From Flavobacteria bacterium MS024-2A (GTDB taxonomy: Bacteria; Bacteroidota; Bacteroidia; Flavobacteriales; Flavobacteriaceae), in the NCBI GenBank assembly GCA_905182305.1, contig CAJJBB010000001.1:39326-103325 (forward strand): a DNA stretch of 64,000 nt. The letters run 5' to 3'. Below, in pieces: positions 47,249-57,184 of the stretch (positions are counted from its first letter, which is position 1; every line of letters starts with the position of its first letter). A model generated the notes under the pieces. That model was not told the origin of the DNA. It made no database searches and saw only the letters and a list, made by a program, of their open reading frames with translations. Position numbers and translations under genes: made by a program.

Positions 47249-49405
47249 ATGAAAAAAAGCATTTTTTTATTCTTTTTTACAAATCTCATATTTGGACAGC
47301 CACCTACTATTTCTCTTAATGATCTTTGGAATGGAAATTATAACCCAGCGCGATTAGAATTTATACGATCTATGAAAAATGGAACGAACTATACTATTTT
47401 GGAGACTGCTAGTCAAAAAGGTACTTCCACTGTAATGCAATACGATTTCAATAAAGTTAATATTGGAACTGTTGTAGTATCCTCAGATAATCTCCCAGAG
47501 ATAACCTCTTTTTCTAATTATTCATTTTCGAAAAACGAAGAAAAAATCATTTTAGAAACCGAAGTAAACCCTATCTATAGAAGATCAAAACAAGCAATAT
47601 ATTGGGTATATAATCAAAAAAACAAAGAGCTACATAAAATATCTGATAATAAGATTCAAGAACCATTATTTTCTCCAGACGCAACTAAAATAGCATATGT
47701 GTTTAAGCGAAATTTATTTATAAAAGATTTAGTAAGTCAAAGAAAAGTTCAAGTCACTTTTGATGGAGACTATAAAACCCTTAATGGAATTTCAGATTGG
47801 GTATATGAAGAGGAGTTTGGATTTGTTCGAGCGTTTGATTGGAGCCCAGACTCTTCAGCGTTAGTTTACATGCGTTTTGATGAAACAAAAGTACCTATTT
47901 TTTCAATGGATATTTATGGAAAAGATGTTTACCAGTTTCCATATCGTTTCAGATATCCAAAAGCTGGAGAAGAAAACTCAAAAATTACATTGCATCATTT
48001 CACTCTAGAAAACAGAAAAAAGAAGCGTATTTTTTTTGAAGGAGAAGTCCCTTACTATATTCCTCGCATTAAGTTTGAAGAAGGAAATAACGGTTTAATT
48101 ATTCAAACCTTAAACAGGCATCAAAACCATCTGAAAGTTTGGCGATGGAGTCCAAAAACCGGAAAGATGCAACTTCTTTTGGAAGAGAAAGATAAAGCAT
48201 ATGTTAGCATTCATGATAATTTACAGTTTTTAGAGGATGCTACTTTTTTATGGACTAGTGAACGTGATGGATATAACCATGTTTATCATTATGATAAGAA
48301 TGGAGCTATACTAAACCAAGTCACTAAAGGAAATTGGGAGGTAACAGCGCTGTATGGATTTAATAAAAAAACAAAAGAAATTTATTATCAATCCGTAGAA
48401 GGTAGTAGTACAGAAAGAGGTATTTACTCAGTAAAGCTTTCAGGTAAGGGAAAACGAGTTCTTCATAAAACAAGAGGAACAAATGGCGCAACCTTTAGCG
48501 TGGGCGGAGCTTATTACATTCATTCTTATTCAGATGAACAAACACCTCCAGTTTATACACTTTATGCAACAAGAAAAAATAAGCCATTAAGGCAAATATT
48601 GAATAACGATACACTTATTAAAAATCTAAGTTCTTTCAAATTGCCAGATAAAGAATTTTCTACACTTAATGTAAATGGAGAGTCTTTAAATATGTGGATG
48701 ATTAAACCTTATAATTTTGATTCTTCTAAAAAATATCCTGTTTTGATGTTTCAATATTCAGGGCCAGGATCACAAGAGGTAGCAAATCGCTGGGGTGATG
48801 ATCGTTTACTTTGGCATAAATCATTAGCAAATCAAGGATATATTATAGCATGTGTAGATGGAAAAGGAACAGGTTTAAAGGGTGCTAAATTCAAAAAGGC
48901 TACCTATCTGAATTTGGTTAAGTACGAAGCATTAGATCAAATTGAAGCAGCAAGAAAAATAGGAAACTTTCCTTTTATTGACAATTCTAGAATAGGAATC
49001 TGGGGGTGGAGTTTTGGAGGACACATGGCTGCACAATGCTTACTAAAGGGTAATGATGTTTTTTCTTTTGGAATTGCAGTAGCTCCTGTAACTAATTGGC
49101 GTTTTTATGATACTATTTATACAGAGCGTTTTATGCGAACCCCTGAAGAGAACCCAGAAGGTTATGACTTAAATTCACCTCTTAATTATGCAGATCAACT
49201 GGACGGTAAATTTTTAATTATTCATGGATCAGGGGATGATAATGTTCATGTTCAAAATACAATGCGAATGGTGGAGGCTCTAATTCAAGCAGACAAGCAA
49301 TTTGAATGGATGATATATCCAGATAAAAACCACGGGATTTTTGGAGGAAATACTCGAAACCATCTGTATACTAAAATGACTAACTTTATATACCAAAATC
49401 TTTAG
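47249..49405 (+). CDS. Dipeptidyl-peptidase IV (S9B family serine peptidase)
   Basis: 718 aa with a signal peptide and a DPPIV N-terminal propeller (DWVYEEEFG). The catalytic residues are in GIWGWSFGG, ...GSGDDNVH... Confidence 0.88.
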   Translation: MKKSIFLFFFTNLIFGQPPTISLNDLWNGNYNPARLEFIRSMKNGTNYTILETASQKGTSTVMQYDFNKVNIGTVVVSSDNLPEITSFSNYSFSKNEEKIILETEVNPIYRRSKQAIYWVYNQKNKELHKISDNKIQEPLFSPDATKIAYVFKRNLFIKDLVSQRKVQVTFDGDYKTLNGISDWVYEEEFGFVRAFDWSPDSSALVYMRFDETKVPIFSMDIYGKDVYQFPYRFRYPKAGEENSKITLHHFTLENRKKKRIFFEGEVPYYIPRIKFEEGNNGLIIQTLNRHQNHLKVWRWSPKTGKMQLLLEEKDKAYVSIHDNLQFLEDATFLWTSERDGYNHVYHYDKNGAILNQVTKGNWEVTALYGFNKKTKEIYYQSVEGSSTERGIYSVKLSGKGKRVLHKTRGTNGATFSVGGAYYIHSYSDEQTPPVYTLYATRKNKPLRQILNNDTLIKNLSSFKLPDKEFSTLNVNGESLNMWMIKPYNFDSSKKYPVLMFQYSGPGSQEVANRWGDDRLLWHKSLANQGYIIACVDGKGTGLKGAKFKKATYLNLVKYEALDQIEAARKIGNFPFIDNSRIGIWGWSFGGHMAAQCLLKGNDVFSFGIAVAPVTNWRFYDTIYTERFMRTPEENPEGYDLNSPLNYADQLDGKFLIIHGSGDDNVHVQNTMRMVEALIQADKQFEWMIYPDKNHGIFGGNTRNHLYTKMTNFIYQNL

Positions 49406-49415
49406 AAAACTATAT

Positions 49416-50948
49416 ATGGCGACACCGACTTCTGTAAACCAAATCCAGAACGATACATTATTTGGACATCCAAAAGGTTTGTTTTATTTATTTTTTGCAG
49501 AGCTATGGGAACGCTTTAGCTTCTACGGAATGCGCGCTTTGTTGACTCTTTACATGGTTAATGTAATTTTCCTAGAACTAGTTGAAAGGGATTTTGCAGC
49601 CGCTGCAGTATATGCTTCTTACGGTTCTTTAGTTTATGCATCTACAGTAGTTGGAGGAAGAATTTCTGATGTCATTTTAGGTTTTCGAAAATCTATTTTT
49701 CTAGGAGGTATTTTAATGGCACTTGGACATTTTGTCTTAGCAATAGAGAATGATTATGCTTTTTTTCTCGCTCTTGGTTTTATCGTTATTGGCAACGGTT
49801 TTTTTAAACCAAATATCTCAACTTTTGTAGGATCGCTTTATGGTGAAAAAGATCCAAGGAAAGATTCTGGTTTCACCATTTTTTATATGGGAATTAATAT
49901 AGGCGGATGGATTGCTCCATTGTTGTGTGGATGGCTAGGAAGTGCTTATGGATGGCATTACGGATTTGGATTAGCTGGGTTTGGTATGTTAACCGGTTTA
50001 TTGTTCTTTTGGAAAGGAATTAAAGATGGTGTTTTTGGCGCTCAAGGAATGGCTCCCTCTAAAGAAAAATTATTAATAAAAACCTTTGGAGTTACCAAAG
50101 AAAATTGGATTACAATTATAGCATTTCTTTCTGCTCCTTTAATTGCAATTCTTTTAGCAAGCTATAAGGCAGCAGCTGGAGGAATGTTTGGAGATCAAAA
50201 TATTGTTAATCTAATTTTTAAAATAGTTGGAATATTTATTATAGGTTATTTGGCATATGTTTTAAGCAAGGTAACTTTAGAAGAACGGAAGAAGTTACTT
50301 GTTGCTATAGCCATTACTCTATTTATGACCCTTTTTTGGGGTTTTCATGAGCTATCAGGTAGTGTCATTACTCTCTTTGCTTCTAGAAATGTGATGCTTA
50401 CTTATTTGGATGCAGCCCAAACAAATTCTTTAAATTCAATGTTTATTATTTTGTTAGCACTTCCAATATCTTGGATGTGGACGGTCTTAAATAAACGTAA
50501 AATAAATCCAAGAACTCCTTATAAATTTGGTTTTGGATTACTTATTGCTGGGATTAGTTTCTTTGTATTAGCGATGAGTGGCAATGCTGCTAATGAAGAT
50601 GGAATGGTGCCTTTTAATTATTTATTATTGATGTATTTTTTACTTTCTATTGGAGAACTATTTATGTCGCCTGTTGGCTTATCTAAAATAACAGATTTAT
50701 CTCCTAAAAGAATGGTAGCCTTTATGATGGGTGTTTGGTTTTTATCTTCTGCATATGCATTTCAATTAGTTGGTTTTATTGGTAAACAATTAGCAATTGA
50801 AAGTGAAGATATTAATGTGGGAGGAATGGATACTTTAAATATTTATATTGGAGGTTTTGATCTTATTTCTAAATATGCAATTGGAGCAGGTATTATTGTA
50901 TTATTAACCGCACCTTTACTAAAAAAATTAATGGGAAATATTCATTAA
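49416..50948 (+). CDS. POT/PTR2 family di-/tripeptide:proton symporter
   Basis: 510 aa. Carries the ELWERFSFYGMRALLTLYM (ExxERFxYYG) signature and about 14 TM helices. Starts 10 nt after DPP-IV. Confidence 0.88.
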   Translation: MATPTSVNQIQNDTLFGHPKGLFYLFFAELWERFSFYGMRALLTLYMVNVIFLELVERDFAAAAVYASYGSLVYASTVVGGRISDVILGFRKSIFLGGILMALGHFVLAIENDYAFFLALGFIVIGNGFFKPNISTFVGSLYGEKDPRKDSGFTIFYMGINIGGWIAPLLCGWLGSAYGWHYGFGLAGFGMLTGLLFFWKGIKDGVFGAQGMAPSKEKLLIKTFGVTKENWITIIAFLSAPLIAILLASYKAAAGGMFGDQNIVNLIFKIVGIFIIGYLAYVLSKVTLEERKKLLVAIAITLFMTLFWGFHELSGSVITLFASRNVMLTYLDAAQTNSLNSMFIILLALPISWMWTVLNKRKINPRTPYKFGFGLLIAGISFFVLAMSGNAANEDGMVPFNYLLLMYFLLSIGELFMSPVGLSKITDLSPKRMVAFMMGVWFLSSAYAFQLVGFIGKQLAIESEDINVGGMDTLNIYIGGFDLISKYAIGAGIIVLLTAPLLKKLMGNIH

Positions 50949-51505
50949 TGCATTTATTCATGAAAACAAAGATAATACTGTTCACCGCTTTTATTTTATT
51001 TACAACTACTATAAGTTCCCAACAAATAGAATGGTTGACTCTAGCAGAAGCCATGGAAGCTCAAAAAAAAATACCTAAAAAAATCTTCATGGATGTTTAT
51101 ACCGATTGGTGTGGACCTTGTAAGTTACTAGATAAAAATACTTTTCAAAATCCAGACGTTTCAAGTTATATTAGTGAACATTATTATGCTGTGAAATTTA
51201 ATGCAGAAGGACAAGAAGAGATTAATTTTTATAATCAAAAATTTTATAATCCTAATTATGATATTAATAGAAAGGGCAGGAACGCTACCCATCAATTCAC
51301 TCAGTTTTTAGGAGTAAAGGGCTACCCAACAATGGTTTTTTTAAGTGAAAATGGGGCGCCTATAATGCCTGTTGTAGGCTATCAAAAGCCTAAGCAACTA
51401 GAATTATTTCTTAAAATGATCAAGCAGGGAGATTACCAAATTTTCTCTAAGCCTGAAGATTTCGAAAATTATAAAAAGAGTTTTATTCCTCGTTTTCGTG
51501 GGTAA
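50948..51505 (+). CDS. Secreted thioredoxin-fold protein
   Basis: 185 aa with a signal peptide and WCGPCK active site. An alternative start is Met 50960. Confidence 0.75.
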   Translation: MHLFMKTKIILFTAFILFTTTISSQQIEWLTLAEAMEAQKKIPKKIFMDVYTDWCGPCKLLDKNTFQNPDVSSYISEHYYAVKFNAEGQEEINFYNQKFYNPNYDINRKGRNATHQFTQFLGVKGYPTMVFLSENGAPIMPVVGYQKPKQLELFLKMIKQGDYQIFSKPEDFENYKKSFIPRFRG

Positions 51506-51573
51506 TTTCTAGTAAACTTTCTTTTGGGATATTTTTAGTAATAATTTGCTCATAGTTTTTTTCTACTTAATAT

Positions 51574-51594
51574 TTGATTCACTGTAAATGTAAA
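51574..51594. repeat. 21-nt motif copy A (tttgattcactgtaaatgtaa), 19/21 identical to 53848-53868
   Basis: Lies in the intergenic region between the thioredoxin-fold gene and the 3' end of lpxB. Confidence 0.8.
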
Positions 51595-51660
51595 CCATTA
51601 GCAAAGACTAATTTCGAAACAGTCTATTTAGGCAGTGTACCAAGATCTATTTTCAGGGTC

Positions 51661-52779
51661 TTAAAGACTCTTCCTTAACTTATCAAAGATAAGTTGGGCT
51701 GTTTTACTACTTGCTCCTCCTTTCCCTAAAATGGTTTTTAATGCTAGATATTCCTTCTCTATTTTTTTAGTATTCGAAGTTTTTAAAAGATCTTTAAGAT
51801 GATGTCTAAGACTTTTTTCTGTCAAGGAATCTTGAATTAATTCAATAACAGCTGAGCGATTTAAAATTAAATTCACAAGTGAAATAAATTTCAGCTTGAT
51901 GATTCTTTTAGCAATCCAATAACTAAGGGTACTACTCCGATAACACACTAATTGAGGGACACCGAACAATGCTGTCTCGAGGGTTGCGGTTCCACTTGTC
52001 ACAAGAGCAGCAGTACTGTGTTGAAGTAGATCATACGTGCTATTGTAGACTATTTTCATTGAGGTAGTTACGATAAACACATTATATTGATCTTTACTAA
52101 TTCCGGGGGCACCCGCAATAACAAATTGATAGCTAGAAAAATGTTTTGCTACTTTAACGAAAAGCGGCAACATTTTTTTTATTTCTTGAATACGACTTCC
52201 CGGAAGAAGAGCTATAATAGGTTTCCCCGATATTATAGTATGGTCTTTACAAAAAGTATTGTTTTTAGGATGTTTAGGAATATAATCTAGTAAAGGATGC
52301 CCTACGTAGTGGACAGAAAATTGATGTTCATTTTCAAAAAAAGTTTTTTCAAAAGGTAAAATCACATAAAGAGCATCTAAATTTTTCTTCATTTTATGGA
52401 CTCTATTTTCTTTCCAAGCCCAAACTTGTGGACTGATATAGTAATGGTTTTTAAATTTTTTCTTTTTAGCCCATTCGGCAATCCTTAGATTAAAACCTGG
52501 ATAATCAATATAAATAATTACCTCAGGATTATAGTTAATAATGTCTTTTTTACATAACGCAATGTTATTTAAAATACTAGGTAAATGCGAAATAACTTCC
52601 CAAAATCCCATAAAGGCAAGTTCACGATAGTGTTTTACTAAAAACGCTCCTTCTCTTTCCATCAAATCACCACCCCATGCTCGAAAAGTAGCTTTAGAAT
52701 CAACTTTTTTAAGAGCTTTTATAAGATGGGAACCATGTAAATCACCAGAAGCTTCACCAGAAATGAGATAATATTTCAC
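51661..52779 (-). CDS. lpxB: Lipid-A-disaccharide synthase
   Basis: 372 aa with N-terminal MKYYLISGEASGDLHGSHLIKAL and a GT19 fold throughout. Confidence 0.9.
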   Translation of the reverse strand: MKYYLISGEASGDLHGSHLIKALKKVDSKATFRAWGGDLMEREGAFLVKHYRELAFMGFWEVISHLPSILNNIALCKKDIINYNPEVIIYIDYPGFNLRIAEWAKKKKFKNHYYISPQVWAWKENRVHKMKKNLDALYVILPFEKTFFENEHQFSVHYVGHPLLDYIPKHPKNNTFCKDHTIISGKPIIALLPGSRIQEIKKMLPLFVKVAKHFSSYQFVIAGAPGISKDQYNVFIVTTSMKIVYNSTYDLLQHSTAALVTSGTATLETALFGVPQLVCYRSSTLSYWIAKRIIKLKFISLVNLILNRSAVIELIQDSLTEKSLRHHLKDLLKTSNTKKIEKEYLALKTILGKGGASSKTAQLIFDKLRKSL

Positions 52780-52788
52780 TGAATAAAT

Positions 52789-53085
52789 TTAGGAAGCATT
52801 AATTTTTAAATAAGTGATAACTAACACCATTGCAATTGATAGTGTGACCAAACCTGTAGCAAATGACATTTTATTCTTTCTAAGTGCAAGAAAAAAGATC
52901 GGCAGGTTGATTAATGAAGCAATAGAGATAAGTCCTCCTAATTTGTTTTGTTGGTAAAGGGTTATTAAGCTACTCTCTATTGAAGCATCTGAAAGAAAAA
53001 TAACAATTGTTATAACTCCAAAAATTGTCCATAGTAAGCCGGTAAAAATCCCCCAGAGGAAATATTTATTTTTTATAAATTCCAT
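52789..53085 (-). CDS. Small membrane protein (3 TM helices)
   Basis: 98 aa. Overlaps the surE stop by 13 nt and lies 9 nt upstream of lpxB, so it is probably co-transcribed. Confidence 0.5.
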   Translation of the reverse strand: MEFIKNKYFLWGIFTGLLWTIFGVITIVIFLSDASIESSLITLYQQNKLGGLISIASLINLPIFFLALRKNKMSFATGLVTLSIAMVLVITYLKINAS

Positions 53086-53843
53086 GTATTTAGTTGTTGA
53101 ATGCTATGGTGTGCTGTAAGATCAAATTGTGTAGGTACAATAGAGACATATCCTTGTTCTAATGCCCATTCGTCGGTATCTTCCCCTTTATCTTCATTAA
53201 CAAATGTCCCAGTAAGCCAATAATATTCTTTGCCCATAGGGTTTGTTCTTTTATCAAATTCTTCCACCCAGTTTGCTTTTGCTTGGCGACAAATTTTAAT
53301 ACCCTTAATTTCTTTTTCTTTTAATTTTGGAAAATTTACATTTAAAACAATATCTCGAGGAATTCCCTGCAGGAGCGCTTCAAGTGTTATTTGTTTTATG
53401 AATTTTTTTAATGGATGAAAATCTGCATTCCATCTAAAATCCATTAATGAAAATCCAATAGCAGGTATTCCTTCTATTCCCGCTTCCATTGCAGCACTCA
53501 TTGTACCTGAATAAATAACATTAATAGAAGAATTAGATCCGTGGTTAACACCCGAAACGCATAAATCAGGCTTTCTATCTAATAATTCGTTGACTGCAAG
53601 TTTTACGCAATCTGCAGGAGTTCCAGAACAACTATACTCTTTTTGTGGTCCATCTGAAACAGTCACTTCGCTGCAGTGAAGAGTTGAGTCTATAGTTATA
53701 GCGTGCCCCATAGCAGATTGAGGACTGTCGGGTGCAACCACTATAACTTCTCCGATTTCGTTCATAATTTCAATTAGCATTCGAATTCCCGGAGCGGTAA
53801 TTCCATCATCATTTGTTACTAATATTAAGGGTTTAGGCGTCAT
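53073..53843 (-). CDS. surE: 5'/3'-nucleotidase SurE
   Basis: 256 aa with ILVTNDDGITAPGI and GVNHGSN motifs. Confidence 0.9.
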   Translation of the reverse strand: MTPKPLILVTNDDGITAPGIRMLIEIMNEIGEVIVVAPDSPQSAMGHAITIDSTLHCSEVTVSDGPQKEYSCSGTPADCVKLAVNELLDRKPDLCVSGVNHGSNSSINVIYSGTMSAAMEAGIEGIPAIGFSLMDFRWNADFHPLKKFIKQITLEALLQGIPRDIVLNVNFPKLKEKEIKGIKICRQAKANWVEEFDKRTNPMGKEYYWLTGTFVNEDKGEDTDEWALEQGYVSIVPTQFDLTAHHSIQQLNTWNL

Positions 53844-53847
53844 AAAG

Positions 53848-53868
53848 TTTGTTTCACAGTAAATGTAA
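53848..53868. repeat. 21-nt motif copy B (tttgtttcacagtaaatgtaa)
   Basis: Starts 5 nt upstream of the surE start codon (minus strand). Lies in the surE/ctp divergent region. Confidence 0.8.
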
Positions 53869-53941
53869 GAAATCTTTAAGGGCTTTCTTTTAAAACAATA
53901 TTAACAAATGAATTATAAGAATATATGTATATTTATTGCAT

Positions 53942-56093
53942 ATGAAAATGATATTAAAAATTTTATCAATTAGACCTTTTGTTTGGATTTTGTCTTTTAT
54001 TCTTTTGAGTGGTTTAGTTTTTGGTATTACCATAAAAAAAGAGAACCCTAATAAGGATAAATTACTTTTAGAGATTATAACCTATGTTTTAGATCGAGGC
54101 CACTTCGACCCCAAAGACATTAATGATTTATTTTCTGAAAATGTATACATGAGTTATTTAGAAAATATTGATGGACAACATCGTTTTTTCTTAAAATCAG
54201 ATATTAGAGCTTTTAATGCCTATCGTTATCGTATCGATGATGAGATTAAAAACACCCAAGTAGAGTTTTTTAATCTTTCATTTGGAAAGTTGATGGAACG
54301 TATGTCTCAAGTCGAAGGTTTTTATAAATCTCTTCTAGAAACTCCCTTTTGATTTTTCAATTAAAGATGAGATCAACTTAGACTTTAAAAAAGCATCGTA
54401 TGCAATTAATCTAACTGAATTAAGATCCATATGGCGCAAGCGACTTAAGCTAAATGCTTTAGAGCGTTTCACCTCGAAAAAAAATGAAGAGGTTCAAAAA
54501 TTAGAAAAAGACGTAAACTATGTAATGAAAACAGACAGTGAGCTTGAAGAAAAAGCAAGGGATATTATTTTAGAAAATATGGATGCTTTTTTTGAACGTT
54601 ATAACGATTTGAATCGTAAAGATTGGTTTTCAATTTACATTAATTCAATCGTGTTGCAATTTGATCCACATACTTCGTATTTAGCACCTAGCGATAAAGA
54701 TCGTTTTGATGCTAGTATGTCTGGAGAATTTGAAGGAATTGGAGCTCGTTTACAAAAAAGAAATCAAGAAGTAAAAATTGTTGAGGTTATTTCTGGCGGA
54801 CCTGTCTGGAGAGATGAACTATTAGAAATAGGAGATATTATTTTGAAAGTTGCCCAACCAAATAAAGAGGCTGTAGATATTTCCGGCATGCGTTTAGATG
54901 ATTCTATCAAACTTATAAAAGGCCCAAAAGGTACCCAAGTAATTTTAACCATTAAGCATGTGGATGGAGCAATTGAAGATGTTAAAGTAACTCGTGATGT
55001 GGTAGTTCTGGAAGAGACTTATGCACGCTCTTCTTTAATTAAAGATGATAAGGAATCTTTTGGACTGATTGAATTGCCTAAATTTTACATTAATTTCCAG
55101 GATTATAACCAACGCAATGCAGCAACTGATGTTAAAAAAGAATTAGAGCAGTTAAAACAGGAAAATGTAAAAGGAATTATTCTAGACCTAAGAAATAATG
55201 GCGGTGGATCACTCAAAACTGTGGTAGACATGGCAGGTTATTTTATAAAGGAAGGACCTATAGTTCAGGTAAAAAGCACGGGCGGAAAAAAAGAAGTTTT
55301 AAAGGATATAGATCCTAGTATAGTTTGGGACGGGCCTCTTGTGATTCTAGTAAATGAATTTTCAGCCTCAGCTTCAGAAATAATTGCCGCCGCTTTGCAA
55401 GATTATAAAAGAGCTATCATTTTGGGAAGTAAACAAACTTTTGGCAAAGGGACTGTTCAAAATGTTTTTGATCTCAATAGAATGATTACTGGAGGAACCC
55501 ATGGTGATTTAGGAGCTCTTAAAGTAACTACGGATAAGTTTTATAGAATCAATGGTCGCTCGACACAGCTTGAAGGAGTTAAGAGTGACGTTGTTTTTCC
55601 AAATCGCTATGCATATGTTGAAATGGGAGAAAAAGATCAAGATAATCCCTTGGCCTGGGATAGTATTACACCAGCTTTTTACAAACCTTTTGAAGGCATG
55701 AATAATTATGAATATTCATTATCAAGAAGTAAACAACGTATGAAAGACAATCCATTCATAACTCTAATTGACGAGCAGGCTTTATGGATTAAAAAGCAAC
55801 AAGAAAATTATATTTATTCATTAGACTTTACATCCTATAAAGCAACAAGACAATATAATAAGACTTATTCTGAACGCTTTAAGAAGTTGGGTAATTTCGA
55901 ATCCTCTTTAGAATTTCAGTGGCTGCCAGAAGCTGGATCAAAAGCTGAAGTGAATGATGATTTAATAATCAAAAGAAAGCGCTGGCAAAAATCTCTTAAA
56001 AAGGATATTTATATTTCAGAAGCTATAGAAATACTGAAAGATTTATCTACTCAACTTATGGGTAATAATATAATAGCGGAAGTCAAAAACTAA
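53942..56093 (+). pseudogene. S41 carboxy-terminal processing (tail-specific) peptidase with one +1 frame break
   Basis: The N-terminal 136 aa (phase 2) stop at 54350-54352. Phase 0 is open from 54339 and reads DFSIKDEINLDF... continuously into the track ORF 54525-56093. That ORF contains the PDZ and S41 core (LDLRNNGGG, NEFSASASEII, GTVQ). Joined length is about 716 aa, as expected for the family. Confidence 0.8.
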
Positions 56094-56101
56094 AATATAT
56101 T

Positions 56102-57178
56102 TTGGAGTTCAAGCGCGCGCTCTATCAATTCAAGCAAGATTCATGGGCTATTGGTAGTTTACTTTTTATTATTATAGTTACACTCATTGCAATATTTGCG
56201 TATTTTTTAGCACCCGATAAGACGGCTTATGGTAATCAAATGCATCTTTCCATTCACTCTCAGCCCCCTGGATTTTCTTGTAAAATGTTAATCATTCCAC
56301 AAGCAGAAAAAAAGAAATCTTATTTATTCTTATCAGGTAATAATAATCCAAATGAAGAAATACCAGTTCAAGATATTAAATGGTCTAAAGACGGGCTAGC
56401 CTATAAACGATATGGTAACGCAACAGATTACTATGAAAAAATACTTTTTAGCAGTTTTTTAGGAGTAGCAAATAAAACTGTTATCGAGTCAAGTTATTTA
56501 ATTGAGAAACAATTTCTTTTAGGGACTGATAAATATGGCCGTGATTTATTGAGTAGACTTCTTATAGGCTCAAGAATTTCAATTTCAATAGGATTTGTCG
56601 CAGTTTTTATATCATTAGTGTTAGGTGTTTTTTTAGGTGCAATCGCTGGATATTTTGGTGGTTGGATTGATCGAGTCATAATGTGGCTAATAAATATCAC
56701 TTGGTCTATTCCAACGTTATTAATGGTTATAGCCATTACCCTAGCTTTAGGGCGTGGCTTTTGGCAAGTATTTGTTGCCGTAGGCCTTACTATGTGGGTT
56801 GAGGTAGCAAGACTTGTTCGAGGACAGGTAAAATCAGTTAAAGAGCAGCTTTATATTCAGGCGGGTGCTGCTCTTGGTTTTTCACATGTAAGAATTTTAT
56901 CACAACATATTTTACCAATGCTTATTGCACCATTAATTGTTATTTCTGCAGCTAATTTTGCGAGTGCTATTTTAATGGAAAGTGGGTTGAGTTTTTTGGG
57001 AATTGGCGCTCAACCACCTATACCAAGTTGGGGAGGTATGGTCAAAGATCATTTTAGATATTTACTTTTAGGAAAGCCCTATTTAGCAGTACTTCCTGGA
57101 CTTGCTATTATGAGCTTAGTACTTGCTTTTATGATTTTAGGAAATAGCTTACGTGATGCCTTTGATGTAAAACGCTAA
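56102..57178 (+). CDS. ABC transporter permease, DppC/OppC type (no partner genes adjacent)
   Basis: 358 aa with a TTG start and a long periplasmic loop after TM1. The EAA-like loop reads QAGAALGFSHVRILSQHILP. Confidence 0.75.
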   Translation: MEFKRALYQFKQDSWAIGSLLFIIIVTLIAIFAYFLAPDKTAYGNQMHLSIHSQPPGFSCKMLIIPQAEKKKSYLFLSGNNNPNEEIPVQDIKWSKDGLAYKRYGNATDYYEKILFSSFLGVANKTVIESSYLIEKQFLLGTDKYGRDLLSRLLIGSRISISIGFVAVFISLVLGVFLGAIAGYFGGWIDRVIMWLINITWSIPTLLMVIAITLALGRGFWQVFVAVGLTMWVEVARLVRGQVKSVKEQLYIQAGAALGFSHVRILSQHILPMLIAPLIVISAANFASAILMESGLSFLGIGAQPPIPSWGGMVKDHFRYLLLGKPYLAVLPGLAIMSLVLAFMILGNSLRDAFDVKR

Positions 57179-57184
57179 ATAGCA

